Of a stretch of 64,000 nt of DNA, positions 51,518 to 64,000 are shown one piece after another. How positions within the stretch are numbered: the first letter of the stretch is position 1; the number at the start of each line of letters is the position of its first letter. A program made the translations under genes and the position numbers. This DNA is from Octopus vulgaris (Eukaryota), in contig OX597824.1 in the NCBI GenBank assembly GCA_951406725.2, positions 5,084,001-5,148,000 on the forward strand, in the 5' to 3' direction. The notes beneath the pieces are model-generated. The model saw nothing but the letters and a program-made list of their open reading frames with translations, searched no databases and was not told the DNA's origin.

Positions 51518-52374
51518 ATTCCATCCATTAACCATCCACGAGCACACAGCATAAATATCCACTAAGTTTAGTGGTGTAACACTTTTACGTATTAACCACA
51601 TTCCTGACAACTGTTCCCTACACATTAATTACTTGTAGGGACGCCGTATTTCGTTATGCAACCACAATATACTCCTTATGAGTCAATACTCTGTCCTACC
51701 TGTGTTAGCAGTGCGATTCAGTCACTTTTAAAAATTATAACTACAGATTTTCTATAGAAATTAGCGCCAGCGTAGTTCAAGTTGTTTGCCCGTGGCACCA
51801 CTCATTCGTATCGAACACAGAAGTACATGGTTACGTCCATAAGCATATATTTTGGCGTAAAGGTTTTTTTGATTATCGAATGAGGAAACAGAATTTTGCA
51901 ATTGAAAACTCAACTTCTAATAGATTCTGGCAGTTAAGAATTGAAATTAAGTACCAAGTTTTAATCTCCTATTTAAACTATTCTCTTTACTCTTGATTAA
52001 ATTCATTGTTGACCTTTCAACAACAAAACTCACCCATAAACTTTCATAAAAATACAAAAAACAAAACCACTGTGTCGACAGAATGTGGTTTTCTTCTTCG
52101 GGAAATTCAAGTAGTTCGTTTCTGGAAAGCAATAAATGATAGAAAATAAAAGAGAAGAATATTCTTGGATTTTTAAAGTTTAAATTTGAACTTTAAGCCT
52201 TACAAAGATACACTAATGAGAAATAGATTTTGAAGAGATCATTTGCGTACAAGAGCAGAAAATCTATTGTGTGCGAACCTTGATGGCTCTTAACTGAGAT
52301 GTATAGCGAAAATGCAAGGAAGTGATAATGAAAATCATTAGAAAGAAGACTTACGCGTCAAAGCAGACGAGGTG

Positions 52375-52460
52375 AGAGAGTGAGAGATGGAGGTCGAGAG
52401 AGAGAGAGAGAGAGAGAGAGAAGGAGAGAGAGAAAGAGATAGAGAAGGAGAGAGGGAGAT
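52375..52460. repeat. (GA)n-rich tract
   Basis: Directly visible. Confidence 0.9.
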
Positions 52461-52861
52461 GTGCAATTAATTGTGAAACGTATACATTTGTAAAGAAAGA
52501 AAAAAGAAAAAATCGAAAAATACTTCAAAATGCATTTTCTTTTTGCTTAGCTTACTTCAAATATCAGAAATAATTCATGGAAAAGAAATATTCTTTACAG
52601 GAAAACGTATAACTTCTACGTGGGTTCATTTGCAGAATCCTTAACGAAAATGCAAACGTTGCGATTCCTGAAAGTCATATGGCTGCTCTTCAGAGAATCA
52701 CCAAATCTGCTAAATATGTAATTTTTGACTTTTGCGCACATTTTCTTTACAGAGTTAATTATTTCTGAATGCATCAACTTTTGAATTATTTCCTTTTTCC
52801 AGTAAGTTTTTTAAATAGATTTTTTTACATCTCATCAGACATGTTTGAATAATACATGCAA

Positions 52862-53395
52862 AGGTGTTGCTGTGTGGTTAGAAGTTTGCTTCCCAACAAC
52901 GTGGTTTTGGGTTCAGTCCCACTGCACGGTACTTGGGAAAGTGTCTTTTTACTAAAGTCTGAGTGGATTTGGTAGACGGAAACTGCAAGAAGTCTGTCGT
53001 GTATCAATATATATCTAATACATATTGCTTCCTAACCACATGGTTCCGGGTTCAGTTTCACTGCGTGGCACTTTGAGCAAGTGTCTTTTACTAAAGATTC
53101 GAGTTGACCAGAGCCTCGTGAACGGATTTGGTAAAGAGAAACTGAAAGAAGCCCGTCGTATGTCAGTATACCTATGTATATGTGTATTTCTGTCTGTGTT
53201 TGTCCCTTCACCGCCGCTTGATAACCGGTGTTGGTGTGTTTGCATCCACATAACTTAGCGGTTCGGTAAAAGAGACTGTTAGAATAAGTACTAGGCTTAA
53301 AAAATAATTACTGAGGGTCAATTCATTCGACTAAAAATTCAAGGCGGTGCTGCAGCATGGCCAAAATCTAAAGACTGAAACAAGTGAAAGATAAA
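52862..53395 (+). mobile_element. Two tandem SINE family 2 copies
   Basis: Heads at about 52862 and 53025. Confidence 0.8.
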
Positions 53396-53424
53396 AATTA
53401 TATATAAATATAAATATACAACCC

Positions 53425-53594
53425 TTGACCTTCAGTCGAGCAAATCGACTCCAGGACCTATTCTTTGTAAGCACAGTACTTATTCTATCGGTCTCTTTTG
53501 CCGAACCGCTAAGTTACGGTGACGTAAACACACCAGAATCGGTTGTCAAGCGATGTTGGGGGGGACAAACACAGACACACAAACGTATACACAC

Positions 53595-53678
<84 letters not shown>

Positions 53679-53835
53679 GACGGGCTTCTTTCAGTTTCCG
53701 TCTACCAAATCCACTCACAAGGCTTTGGTCGGCCCGAGGCTATAGTAGAAGACACTTGCCCAAGGTGCCATGCAGTGGGACTGAACCCGGAACTATGTGG
53801 TTGGTGGGCAAGCTACTTACCACACAGCCACTCCT
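53425..53835 (-). mobile_element. SINE family 2 with expanded internal (TA)/(TACA)
   Basis: Reverse complement of the 45819 copy. Confidence 0.85.
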
Positions 53836-54159
53836 ATGAAGACTTTATGCAAATAGCCCTCAGTTATTAGCAGCAGCGGCCTCTTGGGACTGAGATCTGA
53901 GTGAACCGTGCTGACTTGTGAAATAACGATGAAACCTATTGGTTTCAATTCTCAGACAAAGCTGTCGAAAGCAGCCCTCATGGGCTTAATCTTGCTGCTA
54001 GACGAACTATTTATGGATGGGTGTTTATACATCTTTAGTTATATAAAAAACAGTTTAGGGCCTTTAGGAATTTAGATATAAAATATTGGATGATTAGGAA
54101 ATCATAAGCCTGTACCTGTTCATATATAATGAAATACAACTTCCATGCAAGCATGCAGG

Positions 54160-54693
54160 TATGAATGTATGAATGTATGTATGTATGTATGTATGTATGT
54201 ATGTATGTATGTATGTATGTATGTATGTATGTATGTATGTATGTATGTACGTACGTACGTATGTATTTTTTGTATGTATGTATGTATGTCTTTACGTATG
54301 TATGTATGCATGTATGTTTTTACTTATGTATGTATGCATGTATGTATGTATGTATGTATGTATGTCTTTACGTATGTTTGTATGTATGTATGTATGTATG
54401 TATGTATGTATGTATGTATGTATGTCTTTATGTATGTATGTATGTATGTATGTATGTATGTATGTATGTCTTTATGTATGTATGTTTGTATGTATGTATG
54501 TATGTATGTATGTATGTATGTATGTATGTATGTATGTATGTCTTTACGTATGTATGTATGTCTTTACGTATGTATGTATCGTATGTATGTATGTATGTAT
54601 GTATGTATGTGTGTATGTATGTATGTATGTATGTATGTATGTCTTTACGTATGTATGTATGTATGTATGTATGTATGTATGTATGCATGTATG

Positions 54694-54727
<34 letters not shown>

Positions 54728-55210
54728 TGTCTTTATGTATGTATGTTTGTATGTATGTATGCATGTATGTATGTTTGTATGCATGTATGTATGTGTGTGT
54801 GTATGCCTTTACGTATGTATGTACGTATGTCTTTATGTATGTATGTATGTTTGTCTTTACATATGTATGTATGTATGTCTTTATGTATGTATGTATGTAT
54901 GTATGTATGTTTGTATGTATGTTTGTATGTATGTATGTATGTATGTATGTATGTATGTATGTTTGTATGTATGTTTGTATGTATGTATGTATGTATGTAT
55001 GTTTGTATGTATGTATGTTGTATGTATGTATGTATGTATGTATGTATGTATGTATGTTTGTATGTATGTTTGTATGTATGTATGTATGTATGTATGTTTG
55101 TATGTATGTATGTTGTATGTATGCATGTATGTATGTCTTTATGTATGTATGTATGTAAGTATGTATGTATTTATATATGCAAATTTGTATGTTTTGCTCT
55201 ATGTATGTAT
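54160..55210. repeat. ~1 kb imperfect (TATG)n microsatellite
   Basis: Directly visible, with recurring TCTTTACG/TCTTTATG interruptions. Confidence 0.98.
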
Positions 55211-55254
55211 TCTCATGCATATAGGTACATATCTAGACATGCTCATATATATAT

Positions 55255-56460
55255 TTAAATGATAAACTTCTGGAAAGTTTTACAGAGTTTTACAGTTCCA
55301 ATGATAGATTGGATCTGTAGTCTTCGAATTAGCCTTCTCCTTTTTGGTTTTGCGAAGCCTAATTTCTCAAGACTGGAATTTAGGTAGCATGTTACATATC
55401 CCAAGGCCCCAACAATTTCAGGTATAAACCTGAACTTGTAATCTGGTTAGAGTAACTGCAGATTCCTCAATAGTCCAGCATAGGTATTCTCTTTTCACTG
55501 ATCTTCAGCTTTATGTTAACATCCTCTGGGCAGCTAATTTCCACAACTACGCACAGTTTGTTTTCTCTATCCCAAATCATAATATCAGGTCTGTTGTGCT
55601 TACATTTTATTGAGGTCTTCGCTGGGACACTCCACCAGTACTCATTTTTATTATGAGTGGCCGCTACCATATTGTGGGTTTTTATTTCTTTGTCCTCGGG
55701 ATTATCCTTCCGACAGATTTCATTATAGAGTGTCCTAGCTACAACATCATGTCTCATCGGCACATAAACCGTGATGACATTTTCGGATAATTGCTTATGA
55801 TGTGGGTGATATCTACGGTGTTAACTCCACAAAGTCTGCATCAGTTGTCACATTTTTCAGCTTTTTCTGCATTTCTATCCCTTTTGTGCATCAGGTACTT
55901 GGTTGATATTTCTTGTACCTGGATTGCAAACGCATACCCTTCGAAGTGGGAAGTAGCAATCCGGCTACTGGCCCATGATAAACTGCTTTGATGATCGATG
56001 TTACTATCATCTCGGAGCTTTCTACTAACATATCCATGCATAGTCTTCTGCTCATATAGGTTCATCCTTTCATCTGATGATACGTTGCGGTAGAATCATG
56101 CGACTTCTTTGGGCATGTATTCTAGATTATCAGACAAGGATTGTTGCTCAAGGAACTGCCTTCCAAGTCTTATGATGTCATCAGCCTCATGTATGCAAAC
56201 TTGGTCAAGGGATGCACTTCGACATTTGGTTGTTAAAAAATGTTGCCGAAGGGATATGACACAACATTCAAAGGTATTTTGAATCGATGTTAAGCCTCTG
56301 CCGCTTTGTTTTTGTTTTAGCTAGCAGCGGTCTATGTCACTATTTATGTGGAAATTATGTGTGCTTGTTAGTATTTTTCGGGTTTTCACATCAATGGCTC
56401 GGATCTCAAGCGTCCAATCAAATATACATACATTCATATTTAATTATAATTAAGGACATA
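55255..56460 (-). mobile_element. R4/Dong-like non-LTR retrotransposon 3' part (restriction-like endonuclease)
   Basis: MHGYV..EGYAFAIQVQEISTKY..CRLC..DITHIIS..RHDVVARTLY..WW..HNRPDIMIWD..VVEISCP. Several stops and frameshifts. Confidence 0.85.
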
Positions 56461-56729
56461 GAAAAAATTCATGCCTAGATGCTGCAATGAGACGCTAAAT
56501 CGTCGAACCACCTTAAATATCATCACCATTATTATTACACACGTGTCGAAAAGCGAGGGAGCAAGCTTACGGAAATTCATAACACTGAGTTATCTCTGGA
56601 TCGGCCAATTTCTGGATCAACCCGGAGGTTTTCCTTCGTCAGCATAGAATACCGAGGAAATAAATGAAATACTTATACATACCCACAGAAAAGCAGACGC
56701 AGTGTCATGAATGCGTATAAGTACCCCAA

Positions 56730-57140
56730 ATATAATAATAATAATGAAATTATTGTATACAGTACTCAGGGGCACCACAACTTGTCAAAAAGTGCGTATA
56801 AAGTATATGCAGTAATGCACAAATGTCTGGCAAGTGAACAGTGTATGAGTCAGATACATGCTTGCTTGTGTGTATGGAGGGGAGAAAACCAGGTGTGGTG
56901 TTAGCGAATGTCAGGAAGCATGGAAGTTTTGAAGGATGCAGTGCTCCGACAACTAACAACTGATTCCGGCAGTTTGTTCCATGCTTCAGCAACTCTCAGC
57001 GTGAAAAAACGTTTTCGAAAGTCATGGGAGCTGTGCTGTTTTCTGACTTTGTGAACATGTCCACGGGTGTTAGACAGGTGGAGTTTGAAAAGGTGCTCAG
57101 AGTTATTGTTAGTAAGATGGTTAATAATTTTATATCCATA
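56730..57140 (-). mobile_element. CR1-like LINE 3' end
   Basis: YKIINHL..FKL..NTRGH..K..FRKRFFTLRVAEAWNKLPESVV..ASFK, then a (TTA)n tail. Confidence 0.85.
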
Positions 57141-58534
57141 TCGAATTCCGTAGCAAGCCTCGACACGTGTGTAGCCGGTCAAGCATAGCGCGTAAGTGGC
57201 TAAACTGTCCCGAAGTGAATGGGAATTAATTCAATTATAATAAAGAAGGATAAAACTGTTAAAAAGTTTATCAAAAAATGTTTAAAATTTTTAACAATTT
57301 TATCCTTTCATATTATACATGATTATTTAAGTATATCAGTGAAAAGGTTTCGTAACCAAAATATGGAAAAGATTAAGTTTGGATAAAAAAAGAGATCACG
57401 TTATCAAATTGACTGAAATCTTATGGCTACAGAATATCAAATCACATAATTTTTGCTTTTAAAAACTTTTCCAGCTTGTAAGGCAAACGGCAGTAAAGTC
57501 GAAGTAAAAAGTAATTCAAAGCAGCAGGAGTCATTGGTTGAGACAGACACGGAAACTGTTCGCTGGAAAAGAAAGATGGTTCGGGAAGATGAGAAAGAAA
57601 TCAGATTATTTGACATCAGAACGAATGTGAACAAGGAAGAACTGATCGGCAGATGAAATGACAAAAACGACGTATTGAGGTGCTGCGTAGGGTCATCCTA
57701 TCTGTCAAGCTTCACGGCTATTCAGCAGTGAATAAGAGAATCGCATTCTTCTTATACGGCAGCCATATTCCGTGAAAGCTGAAGATGAATAGATGCGAGG
57801 AGGAGATTGAAAGAATTCACCAGATTAAATAAAAAATATAGCATTGAGACGCCGAAGAAAAGAAAGAAAAGAAAGAAAAGAAAGGAAAGAAATAGAGAAG
57901 AAAGAAAAATAGTCCTTGTTATCAATTTCACTGATGTTCCAGTGTATAACTCTTTGGCAGATGTATAAAATATATACGGGACAATAAGTCAATGGTTCTT
58001 TTAGCCTTTAGAAGAAATTTTAGATCTTGTTTACTAAATATTGCATTCCACCTCACCAAAGCAAGTCGGAGAAGAATTGATTATCGATTTAGAATATAAG
58101 AAAATCAATAAAGACAGTTATTGTCTTATAAAGAAACCAACATGTGAAAGATAAAAACACAGAGTTGCATGTAAAAAATAAATTAATGCTTAACAATATT
58201 GTAAAGTTAAATAATTTCTGTTTTATTATAAAATATCTTAACATCTTACGCATAAGAACAGCTTTTATTTTTCTCATAATAAAATCAAGTTTTGATGAAT
58301 AAATTTACGATTGCTCCCATTGTTACTGCAAAGTCTGTCATAATCTCTGATATAAATCGGTCAAAGAACCCGAATTACATTTTAGTATGTTTTCCTTTTG
58401 TTAGTTTTGTTTCTTTGGTCAAATGAGGAAAATTAACGCCGAAGACACTTAAAGGGACATCGATGAATAATGAGAAGCAGGACACAAAAGAAAAAGAAAA
58501 GGTTTAAGTGGTTAAGAGAGGAAGAAAGTTATTC

Positions 58535-58792
58535 TCTATCCCGGGACCTGGGGTGAATGTTTGCAACAGGATGGACTCTGCTTTCTCTAAGAATAAAGGA
58601 ACGATTGACAAGATGAGGAGGTTTTGTTGAAGAATACAAAAGAGTACAGCAGGGTTCGCCACCACCCCCTATCGGAGCCTCGTAGAACTTTAGGTGTTTT
58701 TGCTCAATAAACAACGCCCGGTCTGGAAATCGAAATCGCGATCCTACAACCGCGAGTCCGCTGCCCTAACCACTGGACCATTGCGCCTCCAC
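58535..58792 (-). mobile_element. tRNA-derived SINE family 3 related
   Basis: Reverse complement of the 44234 head. Confidence 0.8.
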
Positions 58793-59368
58793 ATTATACA
58801 ACATTCCAACATGGATACAAGGCAGAAAAATGGTAAAACAGATTGAGAAAAGAACTGAACTTATATAGTTTTGTCTCCCAGCTTTATCCCCGGAATCCCC
58901 ATGGAAATGGAATCAATTCAGGAAAATATGTTCCTTGAAGCAAACTTGCGTCGAAGTGAGAAAATCAATATTTTAAAAGAAGAACCATGATTTGGCAGAA
59001 ACAGTACAGTGACAAACAAATACCTGGCTCCTTTACACTATGAGTTCAAATCCTGCTCTAGTCAATTTTGTTTATCATTCTTGCAAGGCGATGAAATAAA
59101 GTACCAGTTATGTACGAGGGTCGATACAAGCAACTCTACTCTACCTGAAATTTACGGTCTTGTGCTAATGTTAGAAATCAATATAAAAAAAAATGAAATT
59201 TGCTGTGTGACAAACACGGCAGAGCACCGACCTTACAAGGATATAATTATGTCTCTTGGCATTCTCTGTTCACATTACACTGGGTTTGATTTTGGAGTTC
59301 ATTCAACCAGGAAAACGAAACTACCAATCATGTACCGGGGTAGAATAAATCGATTATTCACCTTTTCT

Positions 59369-59433
<65 letters not shown>

Positions 59434-60527
59434 TATATGGGTATTGTTGTAATATTTTGGTTTTACTTTCTATCCAAAATAATAGATCTTTTTCCCATTG
59501 TCTCCACAATGTAACGTATGATGTGTTTTAAAGTTATGGAAGGATTCAACCATTATTCAGATTCTGGTTTTTATCTTCATTTCTTTGAAATATTCAAACA
59601 TTTCTTTCGTTTATATTAAACTGTTTTGCAGTTTCTGTCCAACTTTTTCCATTTCAAAGTTGATTTCATATGTTAATTTCCATTTCCAGAGAAATCGACT
59701 TTCTTGACATTTTAAACTTATTATCCAACCTGAAAAATATTTAACAAAATAGAAAAATAATAATAATAAAAAAAAAAAAGAAACGCGGTTTTATCTTTAC
59801 ATTTCAAACTTATAGTTCAGAATGTGGATACCCCATTATCAAAGAAGTGCATTAAAATTAAAATGAAAGGAAATTGAAACCGAAACCGTGGCGACGAATT
59901 TATCCTTCTGTATGCGTAAAGTTGAAAAAAAAAAAACCCAATAAACAAACAAAAAAGAAAAACAGAAAGCAAACAAATACAGCAAAAACGAAAACCGTGC
60001 AAATCGAGTGCCGTATATATTGAGGTTTAAACTGTATGTTACAGTTGGCCCTCGGTGGAATAGTAGCGTGTTTTGATGCAACTTAGATTTTAACGTCACG
60101 GTTAATCAGAATTTGATGCTAACATTTGATTGCAATTAAATTTCGCTTAATTCATAATTAGTAACGAGCTCGCATATCATTAATTTTAATGGATTCGTAA
60201 ATTAGTAGGAGACCTCCAATTTCCCGGCGAAGGATTAGTGCTGTTTGAATAGAATTTATTGCATTACTGGTCCTTGTTCTAACGACTCAGAGCAGATGAA
60301 GACAACGTGAGTGATGACACAATAAGACATTGGAATTACGAGCAAGGAAACCTCATCAAGAGTTTCAAGTACTTAGCCGCTGCTCAAGTGTTTCGGTTTT
60401 GCATATATTTCGCTATTCATTAATTGTAAGAATCAGAAATAATGTTGTTAACATTTTATACGGTTAGTGACAAGATTTTTAAAGTTTCGTGAACTTCGTT
60501 CTCTCGCTTTGTCTCATTCCCACACTC

Positions 60528-60650
60528 TCTTCTTCTTCTTCTTCTTCTTCTTCTTCTTCTTCTTCTTCTTCTTCTTCTTCTTCTTCTTCTTCTTCTTCTT
60601 TTTCTTCTTCTTCTTCTTCTTCTTCTTCTTCTTCTTCTTCTTCTTCTTCT

Positions 60651-60696
<46 letters not shown>

Positions 60697-60740
60697 CCCT
60701 CTATCTCCCATTATGTCTCTCTCTCTCTCTCTCTCTCTCT
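60528..60740. repeat. (CTT)n followed by (CT)n
   Basis: Directly visible. Confidence 0.98.
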
Positions 60741-60849
60741 GTTTATCTCTACCTGTTGCTAAACAACGTGTTTATATGAACTTCGGCTTTAAATTAAGAT
60801 AAACTTTTATGGAAGCTTGGCTAATGTCGCCATTCTCGCCTGGATTCTT

Positions 60850-61620
60850 TTAATTTGAGCAATGTATAATGTCACGAGTGATGCCAGCGTTTCATATCGG
60901 GAAGAACATCATCTGAAGACAATTCATCCAAATCTGGACGAAGACCACATGTTTAAAGTCCATGCTATGGTCTGAGGGAATCACAATCACCAGACTCTCT
61001 GTGAAAATTCAGAAGTAATTGTACGACATAAGTTTCAAAGAAAAACTGAAGATGCGTGATTCATGCTAAAAATCTTTTTACGGCGTCTGTTGACAGATGA
61101 AGAAAAGGAGAGGAAAGTCACAGCCACCCCTGAGCCGTGTGATCATTCGGATGTTGATAAAAGCTTTCTGAAATATGCTGCAAGGAGCAAAGGAACTTGG
61201 GCGTAAGACTATGATATCGAAACAAAAAGCCATCGCACTGGGTAGGATCATAGTCAATACGGAGCTACCCATTAAAAAGTGATATTGATCGCCTTCTTCC
61301 GATCAGAAGGGCGTCTTTCTAGTCAAAAAGGGTTCAAAAGAAGTTTAATATAAACGAAGTAACTAAGCAACTATTAGTCTATAAAAAAAAAGAAAAGACA
61401 AAAATCTGAGCCGGAAAATTCGCTGGATTTTGGAATACACAACATACAGGTGTATGGGAGACGATGAGATTATGGGAGACGATGAGATGTTTGTTCTGCG
61501 TGGTTGGACGATCAATAAAGTGTTTCGCTTAGATGTTCTGAGAACACGTTCCAACACTGGAAGAAAACGTTGGCAGCTGTGTATCAACGATGGAAGGAAT
61601 TAATTTGAAGGAGTCAATTC
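60850..61620 (+). mobile_element. Highly decayed mariner transposase remnant (irritans-like)
   Basis: LTDEEKERKV..FLK..TWA*DYDIETK, KVILIAFF, and terminal FQHWKK/RWQLCI..FEG. Confidence 0.6.
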
Positions 61621-61984
61621 CGATTAAATGGTAAGCAAAGCAATAACGTTCTTGTTCTTTTAATACATACATGCACACATGCACGCATGCATACATACAT
61701 ACATACATACATACATACATACATACATTGGTACATTTATTCAAAGTTCATATACAGCTATACCATATAAATATATATATATAAAAATGTGCTTTGGGAA
61801 TGATTAAAAACATGAAGATAAATACATCAATAAAACTCCAGAACATATAAATTTACACAGGATACAGGGAATAGCTCTACCAGACACTGGATACATGACA
61901 AAAGCCCTTCGCGTACATTAGGCCGATAAAGGCTTCAATATGGTGCAATGCAATAAAAGTTCGTCGTAAAAATAATACAATTGA

Positions 61985-61996
61985 ATAATGATGATG

Positions 61997-62063
<67 letters not shown>

Positions 62064-62180
62064 TAATGATAATAATGATAATAATGATAATAATAATATC
62101 AATGATAATAATAATAATACTGATAATGATAATAATAATAATAATAATAGTAATAATAATAATAATAATAATGATAATAA

Positions 62181-62251
<71 letters not shown>

Positions 62252-62392
62252 GTAATAATAATAATAATAATAATGATAATAATAATAATAATAAAAATAA
62301 TAATAATAATAAGGATAATGATAATAATAATAATAATAATGATGATAATAATAATGATAATAATAATAATAATAATAGTAATAATAATAATG

Positions 62393-62450
<58 letters not shown>

Positions 62451-62505
62451 TAATAATGATGATGACGATGATAATAATAATAATAATAATAATAATAGTG
62501 ATAAC
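61985..62505. repeat. (AAT)n/(GAT) microsatellite
   Basis: Directly visible. Confidence 0.98.
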
Positions 62506-63110
62506 TTAAAAGAAAATTTAAAATTGATTAAATGTTCTCTTTAAAAGTTATCTTTTAAAAAGCGGTTTTCTTTCATTAAGTTGCCCCAAATAGTGACATT
62601 TTTATTTTGCATTCTTTATTTCATTTGCAAGACAACCAGAAACAAAAACCTCCCCGGCGTAAAACAACAAAACAAGGAGAGCAGAGTGATAAAAACCTAT
62701 CAGTTGACTCTATCAAGGCCAGACAATAACAGTTGGCTGTTAAGAGTCTTTTTTACGCTTCTGTCGGTTGTATGTTTAGTGCCGTTGTACGCTTTAGGCC
62801 AATAATGAATATGGCAAATGGTAAAATCGATAGCAAAACAAGGAAAAAAAAGGAAAAAGGAAAAAGAAAAATGAAAAAGAATCAAGACAAGCAACAAAAA
62901 ATAAAGTTGAATTTAACGTCATTCGTTTCGACAAGAAGCTGGAGAGTTATCAGGTTGTCGTAAATGTTTTTAAGAGCGACCTCTAGATCGCCTAAGCTGA
63001 CTTGAGATATGGACAGTCATAAATTACATTCGAATTACATGTCATAACACAACCCTTATTCGCCATATTTTATTTTATTTCAGTTTTATTTCTATTTCTC
63101 TGCATTCTAT

Positions 63111-63112
<2 letters not shown>

Positions 63113-63171
<59 letters not shown>

Positions 63172-63339
63172 TAATCTGCATTAATGTAATAATGTCTTAA
63201 TAATAATATAATAATAATAATAATAATAATAATGATAATAATAATAATAATAATAATGATAATAATAATAATAATGATAATAATGATAATAATAATAATA
63301 ATAATAATTATAATGATAATAATAATAATGATAATAATG

Positions 63340-63370
<31 letters not shown>

Positions 63371-63450
63371 TAATAATGATAATAATAATAATAATGATAA
63401 TAATAATAATAATAATAATAATGATAATAATGATAATAATAATAATAATG

Positions 63451-63481
<31 letters not shown>

Positions 63482-63500
63482 TAATAAGTGATAATAATAT
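63113..63500. repeat. (AAT)n/(GAT) microsatellite
   Basis: Directly visible. Confidence 0.98.
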
Positions 63501-63619
63501 TTTCAGCTACTGATAATTATTATTGCGTTTTCGAAGAGTTCGTATTTGTCAACATGTGTTTCTTTAAAAAATTAATGAAACGAAAAACGAAAAATCATGC
63601 ATCCAACCATCGCTATCGC

Positions 63620-63970
63620 CCTCCTCCTCCTGCTCCTGCTCCAGCTTCTCCCTCTCCCCCTCCCCCTCCTCCTCCTCACCGTCTTCTTCTTCTTCTTCTT
63701 CTTCTTCTTCTTCTTCTTCTTCTTCTTCGCTTCTCCTCCTCTTTCTCCTTCTCCTCCTCCTCCTCCTCCTTCTGCTTCTCCTCCTCCTCCTCCTCCTTCT
63801 TCTGCTTCTCCTCCTCCTCCTTCTTTTGCTTCTCCTCCTCCTTCTGCTTCTTCTCCACTTCCTACTCCTCCTCCTTCTCCTCCTTCTGCTTCTCCTCCTC
63901 CTCCTCCTCCTCCTCCTCCTCCTTCTTCTTCTTCTTCTTCTTCTTCTTCTTCTTCTTCTTCTTCTTCGTC
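63620..63970. repeat. (CTC)n/(CTT)n polypyrimidine tract
   Basis: Directly visible. Confidence 0.95.
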
Positions 63971-64000
63971 ATCGTCGTCGTTGTCTCCATCGTCGCCACT

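Noticed and set aside
56595-56650. Sixth hammerhead on the minus strand (CTGACGA-A-GGA...TCC-A-GAAA)
   Set aside because: No UH cleavage site and stem I does not pair. At best a decayed relic.
54145-63858. Long ORFs (MYVC repeats, poly-N/I, poly-R/K/S/F/E)
   Set aside because: They are translations of microsatellites.

Overview
AT-rich, repeat-dense eukaryotic genomic DNA. The SINE families, microsatellite load and a molluscan-type Rho protein suggest a coleoid cephalopod (Octopus-like); this is inference. The only intact host gene I can support is a + strand RhoA/Rho1 GTPase with an unusual layout. One N-terminal coding exon (16573-16728, codons 1-52) is followed by two intact tandem 423-nt terminal exons (26302-26724 and 30800-31222), each with its own phase-0 acceptor, stop codon and candidate 3' UTR/poly(A) site. 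One locus can therefore encode two 192-aa RhoA proteins that are identical to residue 125 and differ in the insert/alpha4 region and the polybasic-CaaX tail (CILF vs CTML). The rest is transposon debris: mariner and Tc1 elements, MITEs, a Mutator-like element with a 30-bp array, fragments of CR1, RTE, R4, L1/Tx1 and Penelope-like retroelements, many tRNA-SINEs, one 5S-rRNA-headed SINE and long microsatellites. Five minimal hammerhead-ribozyme motifs lie between about 43 and 51.5 kb. All calls come from reading by eye, no database search was run, and repeat boundaries are approximate.
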